In this document: positions 27,478-38,559 of the stretch, one piece after another | Position numbering within the stretch: the stretch's first letter is position 1 | Layout: each line of letters begins with the position of its first letter | From: Gemmatimonadota bacterium | Lineage (GTDB): Bacteria > Gemmatimonadota > Gemmatimonadetes > Longimicrobiales > Gaopeijiaceae | Assembly: GCA_039589315.1 (NCBI GenBank) | Contig: JBDHHQ010000039.1 | Location: 1 to 44,531, forward strand | Direction of reading: 5' to 3' | Length of the DNA: 44,531 nucleotides | The notes under the pieces: model-generated | Seen by the model: only the letters and a program-made list of their open reading frames with translations | Database searches by the model: none | What the model was told of the DNA's origin: nothing | Made by a program: the position numbers and the translations under genes

Positions 27478-29962
27478 CGGACTGGATCCAGAGCGCTGGC
27501 GGCACATCGACGAGGTGTTCGACGCGGTGCTGGACCGGCTTCCCGCCGAGAGAGAGGTCTACCTCGAGAAAGCGTGTGCGGGAGACCGTGAGTTGCGGGC
27601 CCAGGTCGAGGCGCTGCTCGACGCCTACGAGCGGACGCAAGGGCGCTTCGAAGAGCCTGTGAGCCCACTCAGCGCCGCGGTCGTCGAGTACCGCGACGAC
27701 CTCCCCCTGGACCGACAGGTAGGCCCGTTCCGGCTTCTGCAGGAGATTGGACGGGGCGGTATGGGAGTCGTCTACGAAGCCGAGGACACGAGGCTCGGTC
27801 GTCGCGTAGCTCTCAAGGCGCTTCCGCCCTACTTGGGCGTGGGGAGGGAAGCGAAGCTCCGTTTCCAGGCAGAAGCCCGAGCGGTCTCCGCCCTCGATCA
27901 CCCCAACATCGCGACCCTCTATGAGACCGACGAGACCGAGGAGGGTCAGCTCTACATGGTCTTCGCCTATTACGACGGCGAGACCCTGGGGGCTCGGATC
28001 GCCCGGGGTCCGCTCCCGGCGAAGGAAGCGATCGAGATCGCGGTGGGGATCGCGGAGGGTCTCGGGGCCGCCCACCGTAGCCGGATCATCCACCGCGACG
28101 TGAAGCCGTCGAACGTGCTCTTGAGTGAGGGCAGTGGGGTGAAGCTGCTCGATTTCGGCGTGGCCAAGATGGCCGGGGATGACCTGACAGGCGAGGGCGT
28201 GCGCCTCGGCACGGCAGCCTACATGAGTCCCGAGCACGCCAGAGGTTGGCCGCTCGACGAGCGCGCCGATCTTTGGTCATTGGGTGTAGTGTTGTACGAG
28301 ATGCTCACCGGCGCACGTCCGTTCAGGGGCGACGATCCGCCGTCGGTCTTTCACTCCATCCTCAACGAGGAGCCGACTCCACCGGCGTCGCTCCAGCTGG
28401 AGGTCCCCGAAGCACCGGAGCGCATCGTCGAGAAGCTCCTCTGCAAGGACCCGGCCGGCCGGTACCAGGGCACGGAAGACCTGCTCGCGGATCTGCGCGC
28501 GGTGCAAGCCGGGGGCCCACCGTCGGTCGCGGTTCGCGAGCCGCCACCCGCATGGCGCCCTCGAATCCGGCGCCTAGCCGTGCTGCCGCTCGCGAACCTG
28601 ACCGGTAACCCGGACCAGGAACACCTCGTGCACGGGGTACACGACGCGTTGATCGCCGAGCTCGGCAAGGTCCGAGCGCTCGGGGTCACCTCGCGCACTT
28701 CCGTAATGCGCTTTCGGGATACGGAGCTACCGGTTCCGGAAATCGCGGGAATGCTGGACGTGGACGCGGTGGTGGAGGGCTCGGTGTCCCGGGACGGTGA
28801 CCGCCTCGCCATCACGACGCAGCTGATCGGAGCGTCCCCGGAACGGCATCTGTGGGCCGAAACGTACCGCCGAGGAGTGGAAGGCGTGCTCGACGTGGCT
28901 GGCCAGGTAGCACGCTCGATCGCCACCGAGCTCGAGATCACGCTGAGCCCGTCGGAGGGAAGCAGATTGGGCGCGGCCCGGTCGGTTGAGCCGGCCGGCT
29001 ACGAGGCCTACACGATGGGACTGTTGTATCTCGAGCGGAGGAGTCCCGAGGGACACGAACAGGCCCAGAAGTACCTACGTCGGGCCATCGAGCTCGACCC
29101 CGAGTTCGCCCCGGCGTACGCGATGCTGGCCGAGGCCTACGGGTCTGCCGCCTTCTTCGGACTCGTCGGCCCATCCGACGGGCTTCCGATCGTGCGGTCG
29201 CTCGTCGAGAAGGCGCTGGAGCTCGACTCCACGCTGGCAGCCGCTCACACGACCCTGGGCGCGGTCCGCCATTTCGGAGACTGGGACTGGGAGGGAGCTG
29301 AAGCGTCGCTGCGCCGTGCCATCGCGCTCAACCCGAGCTACGCGTATGCGTATTTCATGTTGGCGGATGTCCTTGCGGTGCAGCGTCGTTACCCAGAGGC
29401 GATGGCCGCCGCCGAACGCAACCGTGAGCTGGAGCGCTTCGTCCCCTTCTCGGCTTTCGGGCCCGTTTTCGTCCTGATCGACATGCGGGACTTCGACCGC
29501 GCCATCGAAAGGGCCCGGTCGGCCTTGGAGTTCTTCACGAACTTCTGGCAGGGGCACTGGCTTCTGGCGCAGTCGTTCGTGGGCAAGGGCCTCTACGGCC
29601 AGGCGGTCGTGGAGGGAGAAGCCGCGGCGGAGCGCTCGGGTCGAACGCCGATGGCCCTCGGCGCTCTTGGACTGGTGTACGCGCTGGACGGCAGGCGGGA
29701 AGCTGCCATGGGCGTGCTGGCGGAGCTCGAGGGCATGGCCGAGTCGATCTACGTCGGGTCGACGAACTTCGCCATGATCCACGCCGGCCTAGGCGATCAC
29801 GACCGGGCCTTCGATTGGCTGGCGCGCGCCTACAAGGAGCGGGACATGGCGCTGGTGCACCTCGGCCAAGACGTCTTCTACGACAGCCTGCGGCCGGATC
29901 CACGGTTCGCCGATCTGCTGCAGAGGATGGGGCTCGACGGCCCGCCGGCCGGCACAGGGTAG
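27467..29962 (+). CDS. Ser/Thr kinase with TolB-N-like and TPR domains
   Basis: GRGGMGVV, HRDVKPSN, DFG, YMSPE; LAVLPLANL; TPRs; LRPDPRFADLL. Confidence 0.94.
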   Translation: MKPSGLDPERWRHIDEVFDAVLDRLPAEREVYLEKACAGDRELRAQVEALLDAYERTQGRFEEPVSPLSAAVVEYRDDLPLDRQVGPFRLLQEIGRGGMGVVYEAEDTRLGRRVALKALPPYLGVGREAKLRFQAEARAVSALDHPNIATLYETDETEEGQLYMVFAYYDGETLGARIARGPLPAKEAIEIAVGIAEGLGAAHRSRIIHRDVKPSNVLLSEGSGVKLLDFGVAKMAGDDLTGEGVRLGTAAYMSPEHARGWPLDERADLWSLGVVLYEMLTGARPFRGDDPPSVFHSILNEEPTPPASLQLEVPEAPERIVEKLLCKDPAGRYQGTEDLLADLRAVQAGGPPSVAVREPPPAWRPRIRRLAVLPLANLTGNPDQEHLVHGVHDALIAELGKVRALGVTSRTSVMRFRDTELPVPEIAGMLDVDAVVEGSVSRDGDRLAITTQLIGASPERHLWAETYRRGVEGVLDVAGQVARSIATELEITLSPSEGSRLGAARSVEPAGYEAYTMGLLYLERRSPEGHEQAQKYLRRAIELDPEFAPAYAMLAEAYGSAAFFGLVGPSDGLPIVRSLVEKALELDSTLAAAHTTLGAVRHFGDWDWEGAEASLRRAIALNPSYAYAYFMLADVLAVQRRYPEAMAAAERNRELERFVPFSAFGPVFVLIDMRDFDRAIERARSALEFFTNFWQGHWLLAQSFVGKGLYGQAVVEGEAAAERSGRTPMALGALGLVYALDGRREAAMGVLAELEGMAESIYVGSTNFAMIHAGLGDHDRAFDWLARAYKERDMALVHLGQDVFYDSLRPDPRFADLLQRMGLDGPPAGTG

Positions 29963-29993
29963 GGTGGAGCAAGCCGCCGGCTCGCGCCGTCAC

Positions 29994-30596
29994 CTACCGG
30001 CCGCGGTCCGACGCATCGTAGGCGAGCACACCTCTGAACTCGACGATGGGGCAGGTGCCGGTCGCCCGTTGGCAAACGGCCCTGGTCAGTCCTTCTCCCG
30101 ACGCATTCTCGAAGCGACCCGTACCTCCCGCAAATTGGACCAACTCATCGAATTCGCCGTCCGGGACGTCGGCGCTCCGGTAGGTTGCCCAGAGTTCGTC
30201 GCCGTTGGCGGCGGTGATGACCTGGAATCCGTCACGCAGGGTGGTCTGGCCCGTCTGGAAGTCGATCTCCGAGCAGTGCTCCAGGACGGCCGTGATCCGC
30301 CCCAGATGAGAGGCCTCGGCGGTAACCGTGAAGCTGATGACGAAGTGCGAGGGAACCGAGCATCGACCCCCGAAGTCGCTCTCTTCGTCCGGGAAGCCGG
30401 GAGCGAATTCCTGCGAGACCAGGACTCCCTCTCCCTTCCATCGGAAGGGCCGCTCGACGTCTGCCGGGCCATGGCTCAACTGCGCCGCGGGCCTTAGGGC
30501 GGTGGGGCTAGACAGCGGTGATTCCTCGCAGCCTGTGCCCAGGAGGATCATCAAGGTGGGGAACACCAATCGCCTCGGGATCGATCGAGCGTCCAT
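29994..30596 (-). CDS. putative lipoprotein
   Basis: GGAGG RBS; LGTGC lipobox; GGTGRFENASG motif. Confidence 0.75.
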   Translation of the reverse strand: MDARSIPRRLVFPTLMILLGTGCEESPLSSPTALRPAAQLSHGPADVERPFRWKGEGVLVSQEFAPGFPDEESDFGGRCSVPSHFVISFTVTAEASHLGRITAVLEHCSEIDFQTGQTTLRDGFQVITAANGDELWATYRSADVPDGEFDELVQFAGGTGRFENASGEGLTRAVCQRATGTCPIVEFRGVLAYDASDRGR

Positions 30597-30762
30597 CGTA
30601 TCTTCCTCCCGTCTGGATCTGACGATGCAGCGTACCGGCGCTGTGATGAGGACACGGGCCCGAACGGGGGGCGTGGCCCTGAGCGCCGGCACGATGCCTT
30701 GAGAAGCCTCTATCTATGGTGACGATGAATCGCCTCGGATCGCGCCACCTGGGAATCCTTCG

Positions 30763-31036
30763 GCGCCCGTCCGCTCCATCCTCGTCCATCTCGGCCTGCC
30801 CCTCGGCCCCCCACCCTGACTCCGGCTCGCGCTCCGCCTCGGACCGAGCTCGGATTCGATCAGTCCGCCGGCTACGATCCAATCACTCCCGAGCCGATCC
30901 CGGAGTCTCAGTTCGACCAGTCCCTGCCTGAGTGACCCGCCACCCCATGCCCCCTTCCGGCCCCTCGCAGGCAGCTGTCCCGCTCCCTCCACCGCCAATC
31001 CGACCATCTGAAAGGGCTCTTGAAGAATCCCTTTCC
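30763..31036 (+). mobile_element. IS91/ISCR-like transposase C-terminal remnant plus oriIS-like end
   Basis: VRSILVHLGLPLGPPP/(frameshift)LTPARAPPRTELGFDQSAGYDPITPEPIPESQFDQSLPE* (stop 30933-30935), then AAAGGGCTCTTGAAGAATCCCTTTCC (31011-31036). Confidence 0.7.
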
Positions 31037-31508
31037 ACGGATGGCCGAGAACCAGGTCCGTGGCCCACATGGCGTCTCCGTACCAGTTGCTGTAGCTCCG
31101 CGGCTGGGCGCCGGGCGTCTCGAACAAGTAGCGGGCGAAGTCCCCGATGATCCGGCGATCCTTGAGCCACCGCACCTCGTGGTGCTGGTGGCCCAGCGGG
31201 CAGCTGATTGCGTCGTAGGCCCCTGACCAGAACGGACGGTCGGTGCACTCGGTGAAGGTGTATCCCGTCTCGGGCGAACCGTAGGTCAGGTGCTTGGTCA
31301 CCACCTCCCACCGGATAGCATAGGTCGCGTCAATGTCGCGATCGGGCGACTCGAAGAAGGGGATCTTCGCCTCGTACCGGTGGAAGTCGCGGTTGTCCCA
31401 CCACGTGTGGCCCTCCAGGACGGCGCGGCGGTCAAGGACGGCGTCGGGGAAGCAAGCGGCCACGGCCGCGCCCAACGAAGCGGCCGGCAACAGGGTTCGT
31501 GTGTCCAT
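31037..31508 (-). pseudogene. N-terminal fragment of a glycoside hydrolase (GH63/MGH1-like)
   Basis: WWDNRD..YEAKIPFFESPD..ID.TY..RW...KHL.YG.P..GYTFTE...AISCPLGH...EVRWLKD; ends at the oriIS-like motif. Confidence 0.7.
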
Positions 31509-31653
31509 GGTGCCCGGGAATGTGGGACTCGGGCGCCCATGTCTCCAGAGGCGGCCGCGCCGGGGAGTCCGTGGCTCGGCCCCGGCCGACTGCGGAGCGC
31601 GAGGCGACAGTGGCGGCGATGCGCGACCTCCGTGGCGGCCGCACCCCGGTCGG

Positions 31654-32244
31654 CTAAGGTCGTTCGACCGCGAACCGGGCGACGAGCCAGGTATCGGCCT
31701 GCCTCTCGAGGACGAGTCGGAACGTACCGGCGTGCATGCCACCGCGCGGCACGGTGTCGGGGAGTATCGCTCCGCTGGGCGCAAGCACTCCCGGCGTTCG
31801 CCACGTCCCGTCGATGACCACCGTGGCGGTCGAGATCGACCGGACGGACTCGATCTCCAACGAGAACGAGGGCGCGACGGCTGGGTACTGCTGGAGGGCC
31901 ACCGTCCGACTGTCGTCCCAGGGACTGAACGGCACCGTGCTGGTCAGCTCCTCGAACGCGCGGTCGTACACGCCGCGGACTTCGCTCGGAGACGCAGCCA
32001 GCCGCCCTCTCCAGTCGGCCAGAATCACGTCGTCGCCCCCGGACCAGAGCGCGGCTATGGACGTGGGCTCGGCTCTGGCGAACGCCTCCTCGTACCGTTG
32101 GACCACCGCGGCCGCGGCGGTGAGGTCTGCCGCTCCGAAGGGCCGTTCGTCGTCCCTCTGCGCCGATCCCCGCCCCTCGCACGACGCGAGGGTCAGAAGA
32201 GCGATGATCGTGGCCGGGATCACTGATCGAAGGAAGCGCCACAT
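31654..32244 (-). CDS. SnoaL/NTF2-like lipoprotein
   Basis: TLASC lipobox; AVVQRYEEAF...IAALW...FRLVLERQADTWLV. Confidence 0.7.
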   Translation of the reverse strand: MWRFLRSVIPATIIALLTLASCEGRGSAQRDDERPFGAADLTAAAAVVQRYEEAFARAEPTSIAALWSGGDDVILADWRGRLAASPSEVRGVYDRAFEELTSTVPFSPWDDSRTVALQQYPAVAPSFSLEIESVRSISTATVVIDGTWRTPGVLAPSGAILPDTVPRGGMHAGTFRLVLERQADTWLVARFAVERP

Positions 32245-32295
32245 GGTGCTGGCTCCTGGTACGCGCTGCGGCCGGCGGATCGGGCGAAAGGGGGC

Positions 32296-33018
32296 TCAGC
32301 GAGGAACGATGGTGACCGTCGGCAACGGCCCCCGGGCCGCCCGCACGTGGACCCGAGATCCCTCTATGACGGGCCCGGTGAACGCGCCGTGGTTGTAGGC
32401 GTAGACGCTCACGTCGACTTCGCCGGTGGAGAACGAGTCGGCGGGCAGCCACAGATCCCGTGCCGAAGCGCCGGCATCCCAGCGCTTGCTTCCGCCGCTG
32501 GTCGGACTGATGGAGAACGATCCGTTCACCTGGAATCGCAGCGGGTCGGAGTCGCTCTCCCAGACGACGTGGATCGAATCGCCCAGGCTGACGACGGCTT
32601 CGTCCGCCGGCTCGACGATCAGTGGTGCCTCGGGAACGATGGCGTCGACGAGAATCGTGTCTCCGTCGGCGACGACCTCGACGTGCAGGGCCGCCCCGGC
32701 CACGACTCGTTCCGCCAGGCGACCGCTGAATATGCCGCTTCCGGGCTCTCGCTCCGGAATGGGCTCGCCGTTCACGGTGACCGTGGCCACGGGCGCCGTG
32801 CCGTCCTCGCGCTCGACGCGGATGTTCTGGTCGACTGCGCTCAGGTCGAGTCCCCACACGTAGTAGCGGGGCCCCTCCGTCTGCTCCGACGGGAGGTCTC
32901 CTGGCGCATCCTCCTCGACGGGGCCTTCCGGAGCCACGGGTCCGCTGGTCCCGCACCCGGCCGCGACGAGGGGAATGAGAACCGCGAGCACACCGAATGT
33001 GAATCGCCGCATGAACAT
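32296..33018 (-). CDS. putative lipoprotein (beta-sandwich)
   Basis: VAAGC lipobox; GAGG RBS; GC3 bias. Confidence 0.75.
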   Translation of the reverse strand: MFMRRFTFGVLAVLIPLVAAGCGTSGPVAPEGPVEEDAPGDLPSEQTEGPRYYVWGLDLSAVDQNIRVEREDGTAPVATVTVNGEPIPEREPGSGIFSGRLAERVVAGAALHVEVVADGDTILVDAIVPEAPLIVEPADEAVVSLGDSIHVVWESDSDPLRFQVNGSFSISPTSGGSKRWDAGASARDLWLPADSFSTGEVDVSVYAYNHGAFTGPVIEGSRVHVRAARGPLPTVTIVPR

Positions 33019-33287
33019 GGTGGGCCTCTTTCTCCGAGCCTCTGGCGCGGCGCCGACCCTGGATTGGGTGAGGCCGGCGCCTTCACCCTGTATAGCGAGG
33101 AATCGCAGCGACCTCCATCACGGGCTCCCGAGGGCCGTAGGCCTCGTGCCCCCCACCAGCGGCGACGCGGTGAGCGGGAGTACGTCCGGCGAGACCGACT
33201 CGTGTCGCTCCCACGCGAGTCGCCGCCGGTCCGGGACGGCAGCGCGAGCGTGCCGCTCCCCTCGCTCGCGAAGCGACGAGCCCGCGC

Positions 33288-34241
33288 CTACCGCGACACC
33301 AACTCGACCCGCCTGTTCAGGCCTCTCCCCGCATCGCTCTCGTTGGTGGAGACGGGGGCCAGGGGACCCACGCCCCGTGGCGTCAGGCGCGAGGCGTCGA
33401 CCCCGAACCGGCCGACCAGCGCCTCGACCACGGCGTCGGCCCTGCGTCGTGACAGGTCCATGTTGTAGTCCAGCTGCCCGGTGTTGTCGGTGTGCCCGAC
33501 CACGTAGAGCTGCAGGCCGGCGCTGGCCCCGAGCAGCTTGGAGATCTCCTCGAGGGTGGAATCGGACTCGGGCTTCACGTCGGCTCTGTCGGTGTCGAAG
33601 TAGATGCCGTAGATGGACACGCTGCCCGTCTCGGCGATCTCCAGCGCCATCGTTTCCGCGTCGACGGTTACCATACCCACGTCCATGGGCTCACCCTCGA
33701 CCACTGTGAGCCGGTAGAAGATCTGGTCGTGGCGCGATCCTCCCTCCGACGTGTTCCGCACGACGTACAACGACACGTGCACGTCTCCGTCGTCCCGCGA
33801 GCGGTGCGCGGCCAGGTACCGGTGGTCGTCGAAGTTGCCCCCGAACCCGCTGACGTACTCGACGGCTGTACGGTTGAACATCAGACCGCCGCAGTCGGGA
33901 TTGGAGCAACTGAAGAGAGTCTCGAAGCCCGCCGCCTCCAGCTGCTGCTCGTAGTTCCGCATCACCTCCAGCGTCGAGCGGTCCGCGGGGAGGTTGTACG
34001 AGATTCGTGTGACCTCGCCCTCCACCGTCTGGCTGGGCTGGTCCTCGCTGAACGGTCCCATCAACAGCGTGTACTCGTCGAAGTCACGGAAGTCGTACCA
34101 GACGATGGACGAGCCCGCGTAGCGGGAGACGAGAGGATGGTCCTGGCTGTCCGGAACGTCCTGCGCCAGCGCCTGGCCGCTCGACAACCCGATGATCGCG
34201 GACAGGGAAGCGATGACAGCGACTCGGGAAGCGGTGATCAT
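33288..34241 (-). CDS. OmpA family protein with N-terminal DUF4892-like domain
   Basis: Signal peptide; DHPLVSRYAGS; GIYFDTD, VVGHTDN, LSRRRA, NRRVEL. Confidence 0.9.
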   Translation of the reverse strand: MITASRVAVIASLSAIIGLSSGQALAQDVPDSQDHPLVSRYAGSSIVWYDFRDFDEYTLLMGPFSEDQPSQTVEGEVTRISYNLPADRSTLEVMRNYEQQLEAAGFETLFSCSNPDCGGLMFNRTAVEYVSGFGGNFDDHRYLAAHRSRDDGDVHVSLYVVRNTSEGGSRHDQIFYRLTVVEGEPMDVGMVTVDAETMALEIAETGSVSIYGIYFDTDRADVKPESDSTLEEISKLLGASAGLQLYVVGHTDNTGQLDYNMDLSRRRADAVVEALVGRFGVDASRLTPRGVGPLAPVSTNESDAGRGLNRRVELVSR

Positions 34242-34270
34242 CTCGATTCCTCCGGGTCGTTCGTTGGTGA

Positions 34271-34633
<363 letters not shown>

Positions 34634-35012
34634 CCGGCGGCGCGGTGGTCCGGGACCCCCCGCCAAGGTGAGGCGATCGCGGCGCGGTCCGCGACGGTGC
34701 CTCCGGTCGGCGTGTAGCCAACGGGGCGGGACGACGTGAAAGCTGTTTGCGTGGGCCAGTCCGGCGATCAAACGACGGCGGATGCAGACCCTGAGGGACC
34801 GATCGAATGTTCGGACTGCGGACCCGGTCCATCGGTATCGGAGTCCCACGCTCTGACCCTGGAAGCCACCCCTTGGCCGCGAGCCCTCCGTCCAAAGGCC
34901 CCGCGACCGAACCGGTGGCGGGGCAGCCAGGTCGTTCTTGACGGACAATGAGACGTGAGCGTGCGTCCGAGGCCGGTGACCGGCAGCGGAACGCGCGCCA
35001 GAGGCCCGCCGG

Positions 35013-37769
35013 TCAGGTGCTGCCTCCAGGGGGTTCGGGCCGGTCCGGACCTGGCGACCGCCCCATGTCCTCTAGGACCTGTAGCGCGAAGGCCCGGTAG
35101 GGATCGTCATCCGGCCGGTCGTAGGACGCCCTCAGCGATTCTACCAGGATACCCGCGGCACGATCGTGCTCGCCGAAGGAGTACAGGCAGCTTCCGTGAG
35201 CGTTGAGGGCACGCACGAAGTCGTCCGCGGCGTCTTCGCCCGGAGGCGGCCTCAGCGCCTCCACGGCCTCTGCGAGAGTGGAGTCGGCGGCTTCAGCGCT
35301 TCCAGCCCCGCAGTAGGAGAGGCCCAGCGTGATGAGATCAGCGGCGAAGACGCGGTCGTTCGGTAGCTCTCGGCGGGCGATCAGAAGGGCATGCTCCAAT
35401 CGGGTTCGGCCCTCTTCCTCGGCGCCCTTCCGGAAGAGGAGGCGAGCCAGATTGGCCTCGACGTAGACGGGGTTGATGTGGTCCGCGCCGAAGCGGTCCG
35501 CGTAGACCGACAGCGACTGCCTGAACAGCTCCTCGGCCTCGTCCAACCGCCCCAGTTCCTCGAGCACCAGCGCCAGACCGTTACGGGCGTACGCGACCAC
35601 GAAGTGACCCTCGCCCAAGGCGGCGGCCCGGATCTCCAGTGCCTCCCTGAGTAGCGGCTCCGCGTCCGCGGGACGGCCACGGCTACGCATGATCATGCCG
35701 AGGATGTGGAGGGAGCCTGCCAAGTAGGCGTGTCCCGGGGGAAGCGTTCGGCGCCGGATGTCCAGGGCCTCGGCGGCGACCTGATCGGCCTCGTCGAGGG
35801 TGCCGATCCTCTGGAGGACGTCCGCGAGGGATTCCAGGCTCGCGGCCAACCGAGGATCGTCGGGGGCCTGGGTGCGGCGCGCCTCCACCGACCGACGAAG
35901 CAGCACCGCCGCCGAATCCAGGTCCCCGCGGGCCTGACGCAGGTTCCCCAGGTTGTTGAGCACCGGTGCCGTGAGGGCGGGAGCCGTCCCCAGGTGCTCG
36001 CGGATCCGGAGTGACTCCTCCAGGAGAGGTTCGGCGCTATCGATGTCTCCCCTTACCTGCCATGCGTGCCCCAGGTCGTTGAGCGCTACCGCGCGGTCCT
36101 CGGAGGCTCCGGGTTCGCCAGCCCGCAGCAGGATCGACGCGAGGTGCAGGAGCGTGTCGGCGGCCTCGAAGTCACCGGTCTCCGCCTCGAGGAACGCTAC
36201 CTTGGCGACGTACGTGGACAGCTCGGGGCTGTCCGGGCCGAGCGAGCGGCGACGCGCGTCCAGGGCCTCGGCGCGCAGGTCTACGGAGGTCTCGAGATGC
36301 CCCAAGCTGCGGTACGCTTCGGCGATGGCTTCCAGGAGCGTGGCCCGTACCATGGGCTGCTCCTTCAACTCGGTCTGCGCCCGCTCTGCGCCGCGGTCGA
36401 GCACTTCGCGCACGGTCAACTCCGCCCCTCTCGTGCGATAGGGATCGGCGTTGGCGAAGAGCTCCACCAGGAAGTCGACCACCTGCTGGGCGCGGTCGCG
36501 TTCCAGAGCGGTTTCCCGGGCTTGCCGTTGGGCGCCCACGGCGAACCCGCCCACCGAGAGGAACGCCCCGACCAGAACAGCCACCACCGTGCCGTGGCGC
36601 CGCAGGAGCTTCCCGGTGCGGTAGACGACGGTATCCCGACGGGCCACCACCGGCCTGCGGTCGAGATGGCGTCGCACGTCTTCGGCGAGCTGTCCGGCGG
36701 TACCGTATCGGTGCCCCGGCTCGGGACGTAGCGCCTTCAGAACAATGGCGTCCAGGTCGCCTGCGAGCTGCCGCCGAAGCCGCTCCGGGGTCGCCCGCCG
36801 AGTCTCGGCGCGCCCCTGGACGTCGGTCCCATCGGCGACGAAGCACCGGGAGGGAGGTGTGGCCCGAGCATCGGCGGAACTGTCTGCGCGGTGGGCCGGC
36901 TGTGGGTCCTGTCCGAAAGGGTGCCTGCCGGTGAGGACGACGTACAGCAGTACGCCGAGTTGGTAGACGTCGCTCGCCGTAGTGATGGTACTGCCCCGGA
37001 GCTGCTCGGGCGAAGCGTACTCGGGTGTGAGCAGCCGGCTTCCCACCTGGGTAGTGGCGCCTGCGGGGCCGCTGGCTTCCTCCGTCAGGAGCTTGGCGAT
37101 GCCGAAGTCCAGGAGCTTGGGGATCCCGTCCGGAGTGACCAGGATGTTGGACGGCTTCAGATCGCGATGAACCACCAGGTTCTGATGGGCGTACTGAACC
37201 GCCGCACACACCGCGAGGAACAGACGGAGGCGGGCCCGAGTGTCCATCCGGCGCTCGTCGCAGTACCGGTCCAGGGGGATGCCGGGGACGTGCTCCATGA
37301 CGAAGAAAGGCCGGCCGTCGAGACCTCTCCCCCCGTCCAGCAGCGGGGCGATGTTGGGATGCGCAAGGCCGGCGAGGATCTGACGCTCCGCAACGAGGCG
37401 AGCCTCGGCTACACCTCCCATGAGCTCACGGGGCAGGACCTTGAGGGCTCCCTCCTGGTCGTACTCTCCGTCGGCACGGCGTACCCGTAGGACCACGCCC
37501 ATGCCCCCCCGTCCCAACTCGCCCACTACCTCCCATCTCCCGAAGCGGGAGCCGGTGGGAGCTTCCTCCGATGCGTCGCGCTCGTCTTGGACCCGGGCAA
37601 GGGCGTCAAAGGGGCTCGGGCGATCGTGGGCGGCGAGGAGAGTGAGGACTTCGTCCGCCACGTTCTCGTCGGGGGCCTTTGCGCGCACCCATGCCGGCCG
37701 CTCGACAGGGTCCCGCTCGAGGGCCTCCAGGAAGAGCGCCTGGACCTGATTCCACCTCGAGCCGCTCAC
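35013..37769 (-). CDS. Ser/Thr kinase with TM helix and TPR repeats
   Basis: GRGGMGVV, HRDLKPSN, DFG, LTPEYASPEQ; GTG start overlaps the ECF stop. Confidence 0.94.
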   Translation of the reverse strand: MSGSRWNQVQALFLEALERDPVERPAWVRAKAPDENVADEVLTLLAAHDRPSPFDALARVQDERDASEEAPTGSRFGRWEVVGELGRGGMGVVLRVRRADGEYDQEGALKVLPRELMGGVAEARLVAERQILAGLAHPNIAPLLDGGRGLDGRPFFVMEHVPGIPLDRYCDERRMDTRARLRLFLAVCAAVQYAHQNLVVHRDLKPSNILVTPDGIPKLLDFGIAKLLTEEASGPAGATTQVGSRLLTPEYASPEQLRGSTITTASDVYQLGVLLYVVLTGRHPFGQDPQPAHRADSSADARATPPSRCFVADGTDVQGRAETRRATPERLRRQLAGDLDAIVLKALRPEPGHRYGTAGQLAEDVRRHLDRRPVVARRDTVVYRTGKLLRRHGTVVAVLVGAFLSVGGFAVGAQRQARETALERDRAQQVVDFLVELFANADPYRTRGAELTVREVLDRGAERAQTELKEQPMVRATLLEAIAEAYRSLGHLETSVDLRAEALDARRRSLGPDSPELSTYVAKVAFLEAETGDFEAADTLLHLASILLRAGEPGASEDRAVALNDLGHAWQVRGDIDSAEPLLEESLRIREHLGTAPALTAPVLNNLGNLRQARGDLDSAAVLLRRSVEARRTQAPDDPRLAASLESLADVLQRIGTLDEADQVAAEALDIRRRTLPPGHAYLAGSLHILGMIMRSRGRPADAEPLLREALEIRAAALGEGHFVVAYARNGLALVLEELGRLDEAEELFRQSLSVYADRFGADHINPVYVEANLARLLFRKGAEEEGRTRLEHALLIARRELPNDRVFAADLITLGLSYCGAGSAEAADSTLAEAVEALRPPPGEDAADDFVRALNAHGSCLYSFGEHDRAAGILVESLRASYDRPDDDPYRAFALQVLEDMGRSPGPDRPEPPGGST

Positions 37770-38332
37770 CCCGACAGCTCCAACTGCCGGTTGAGCCATG
37801 CCCGGGCCACCGTCCAGTCGCGCTTCACCGTCGCCGACGATATGCCCATGGCCGTCGCCGTCTCCTGAACACCCATCCCGCCGAATGCGCGGCACTCCAC
37901 AACCCGGCTCTGGCGGGCATTGAGAGCCTCGAGGCGCTCGAGGGCCGCGTCGATCCAGAGGAGCTCGTCGGGGCGGGAGCGGGCCACCGCCACGACGTCG
38001 TCGATGGAAACATGCGGCGCGGCTCGACCGCGCTTCCCGGTGCCGCGGGCCCGCGCGTGGTCCACGAGGACCCTGCGCATGGCCTGGGCGCATACCGAGA
38101 AGAAGTGGGCCCGGTCCTTCCAGGTGAGGCGCTCGGCCTTCGCCAGCTTCACGTAGGCTTCGTGGACGAGGCCGGTGGTGTTCAGAGTATGGCCCGTGGC
38201 CTCACGCCGGAGCTCGTGTCGAGCGAGGGCGCGCAGCTCCTCGTAGACCGCCGGCACCAGCCGGTCGAGGACGGACCGATCCCCTCCGCTGAGCGCGGTC
38301 AGGAGCACCGTGACGTCGCGCCGCTCCGGCAT
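37766..38332 (-). CDS. ECF sigma factor, ECF43/TIGR02999-like
   Basis: VYEELRALARHEL, HTLNTTGLVHEAYVKL, TVKRDWTVARAWL; AGGAG RBS. Confidence 0.93.
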   Translation of the reverse strand: MPERRDVTVLLTALSGGDRSVLDRLVPAVYEELRALARHELRREATGHTLNTTGLVHEAYVKLAKAERLTWKDRAHFFSVCAQAMRRVLVDHARARGTGKRGRAAPHVSIDDVVAVARSRPDELLWIDAALERLEALNARQSRVVECRAFGGMGVQETATAMGISSATVKRDWTVARAWLNRQLELSG

Positions 38333-38559
38333 GTTGCAGGAATCTCCTGAGAAGCGGACGACATGAGCCGTCCGTCCCCGCAGTGTTGGCAGTTGGAGCC
38401 AAGATGCGCTGCGGCGATAGCCAGGACCAGTAAACCGAGCCCGTCCCGGGTGAGCCCTGTCGGGGTGATTCCTCGCGTGTGTCAATAGGGCCGTGCTCCG
38501 AGCACCGGCTCCAAGGCGCGTACCGACGTCCCGGGAACACCAAGGCAGGAAGGTGAGAC

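Noticed and set aside
31298..32956. Long alternative ORFs such as 552 aa at 31298..32956, 459 aa at 38493..39872 and 347 aa at 8296..9339
   Set aside because: Arg/Pro/Gly-rich shadow frames overlapping better-supported genes, typical of high-GC DNA.
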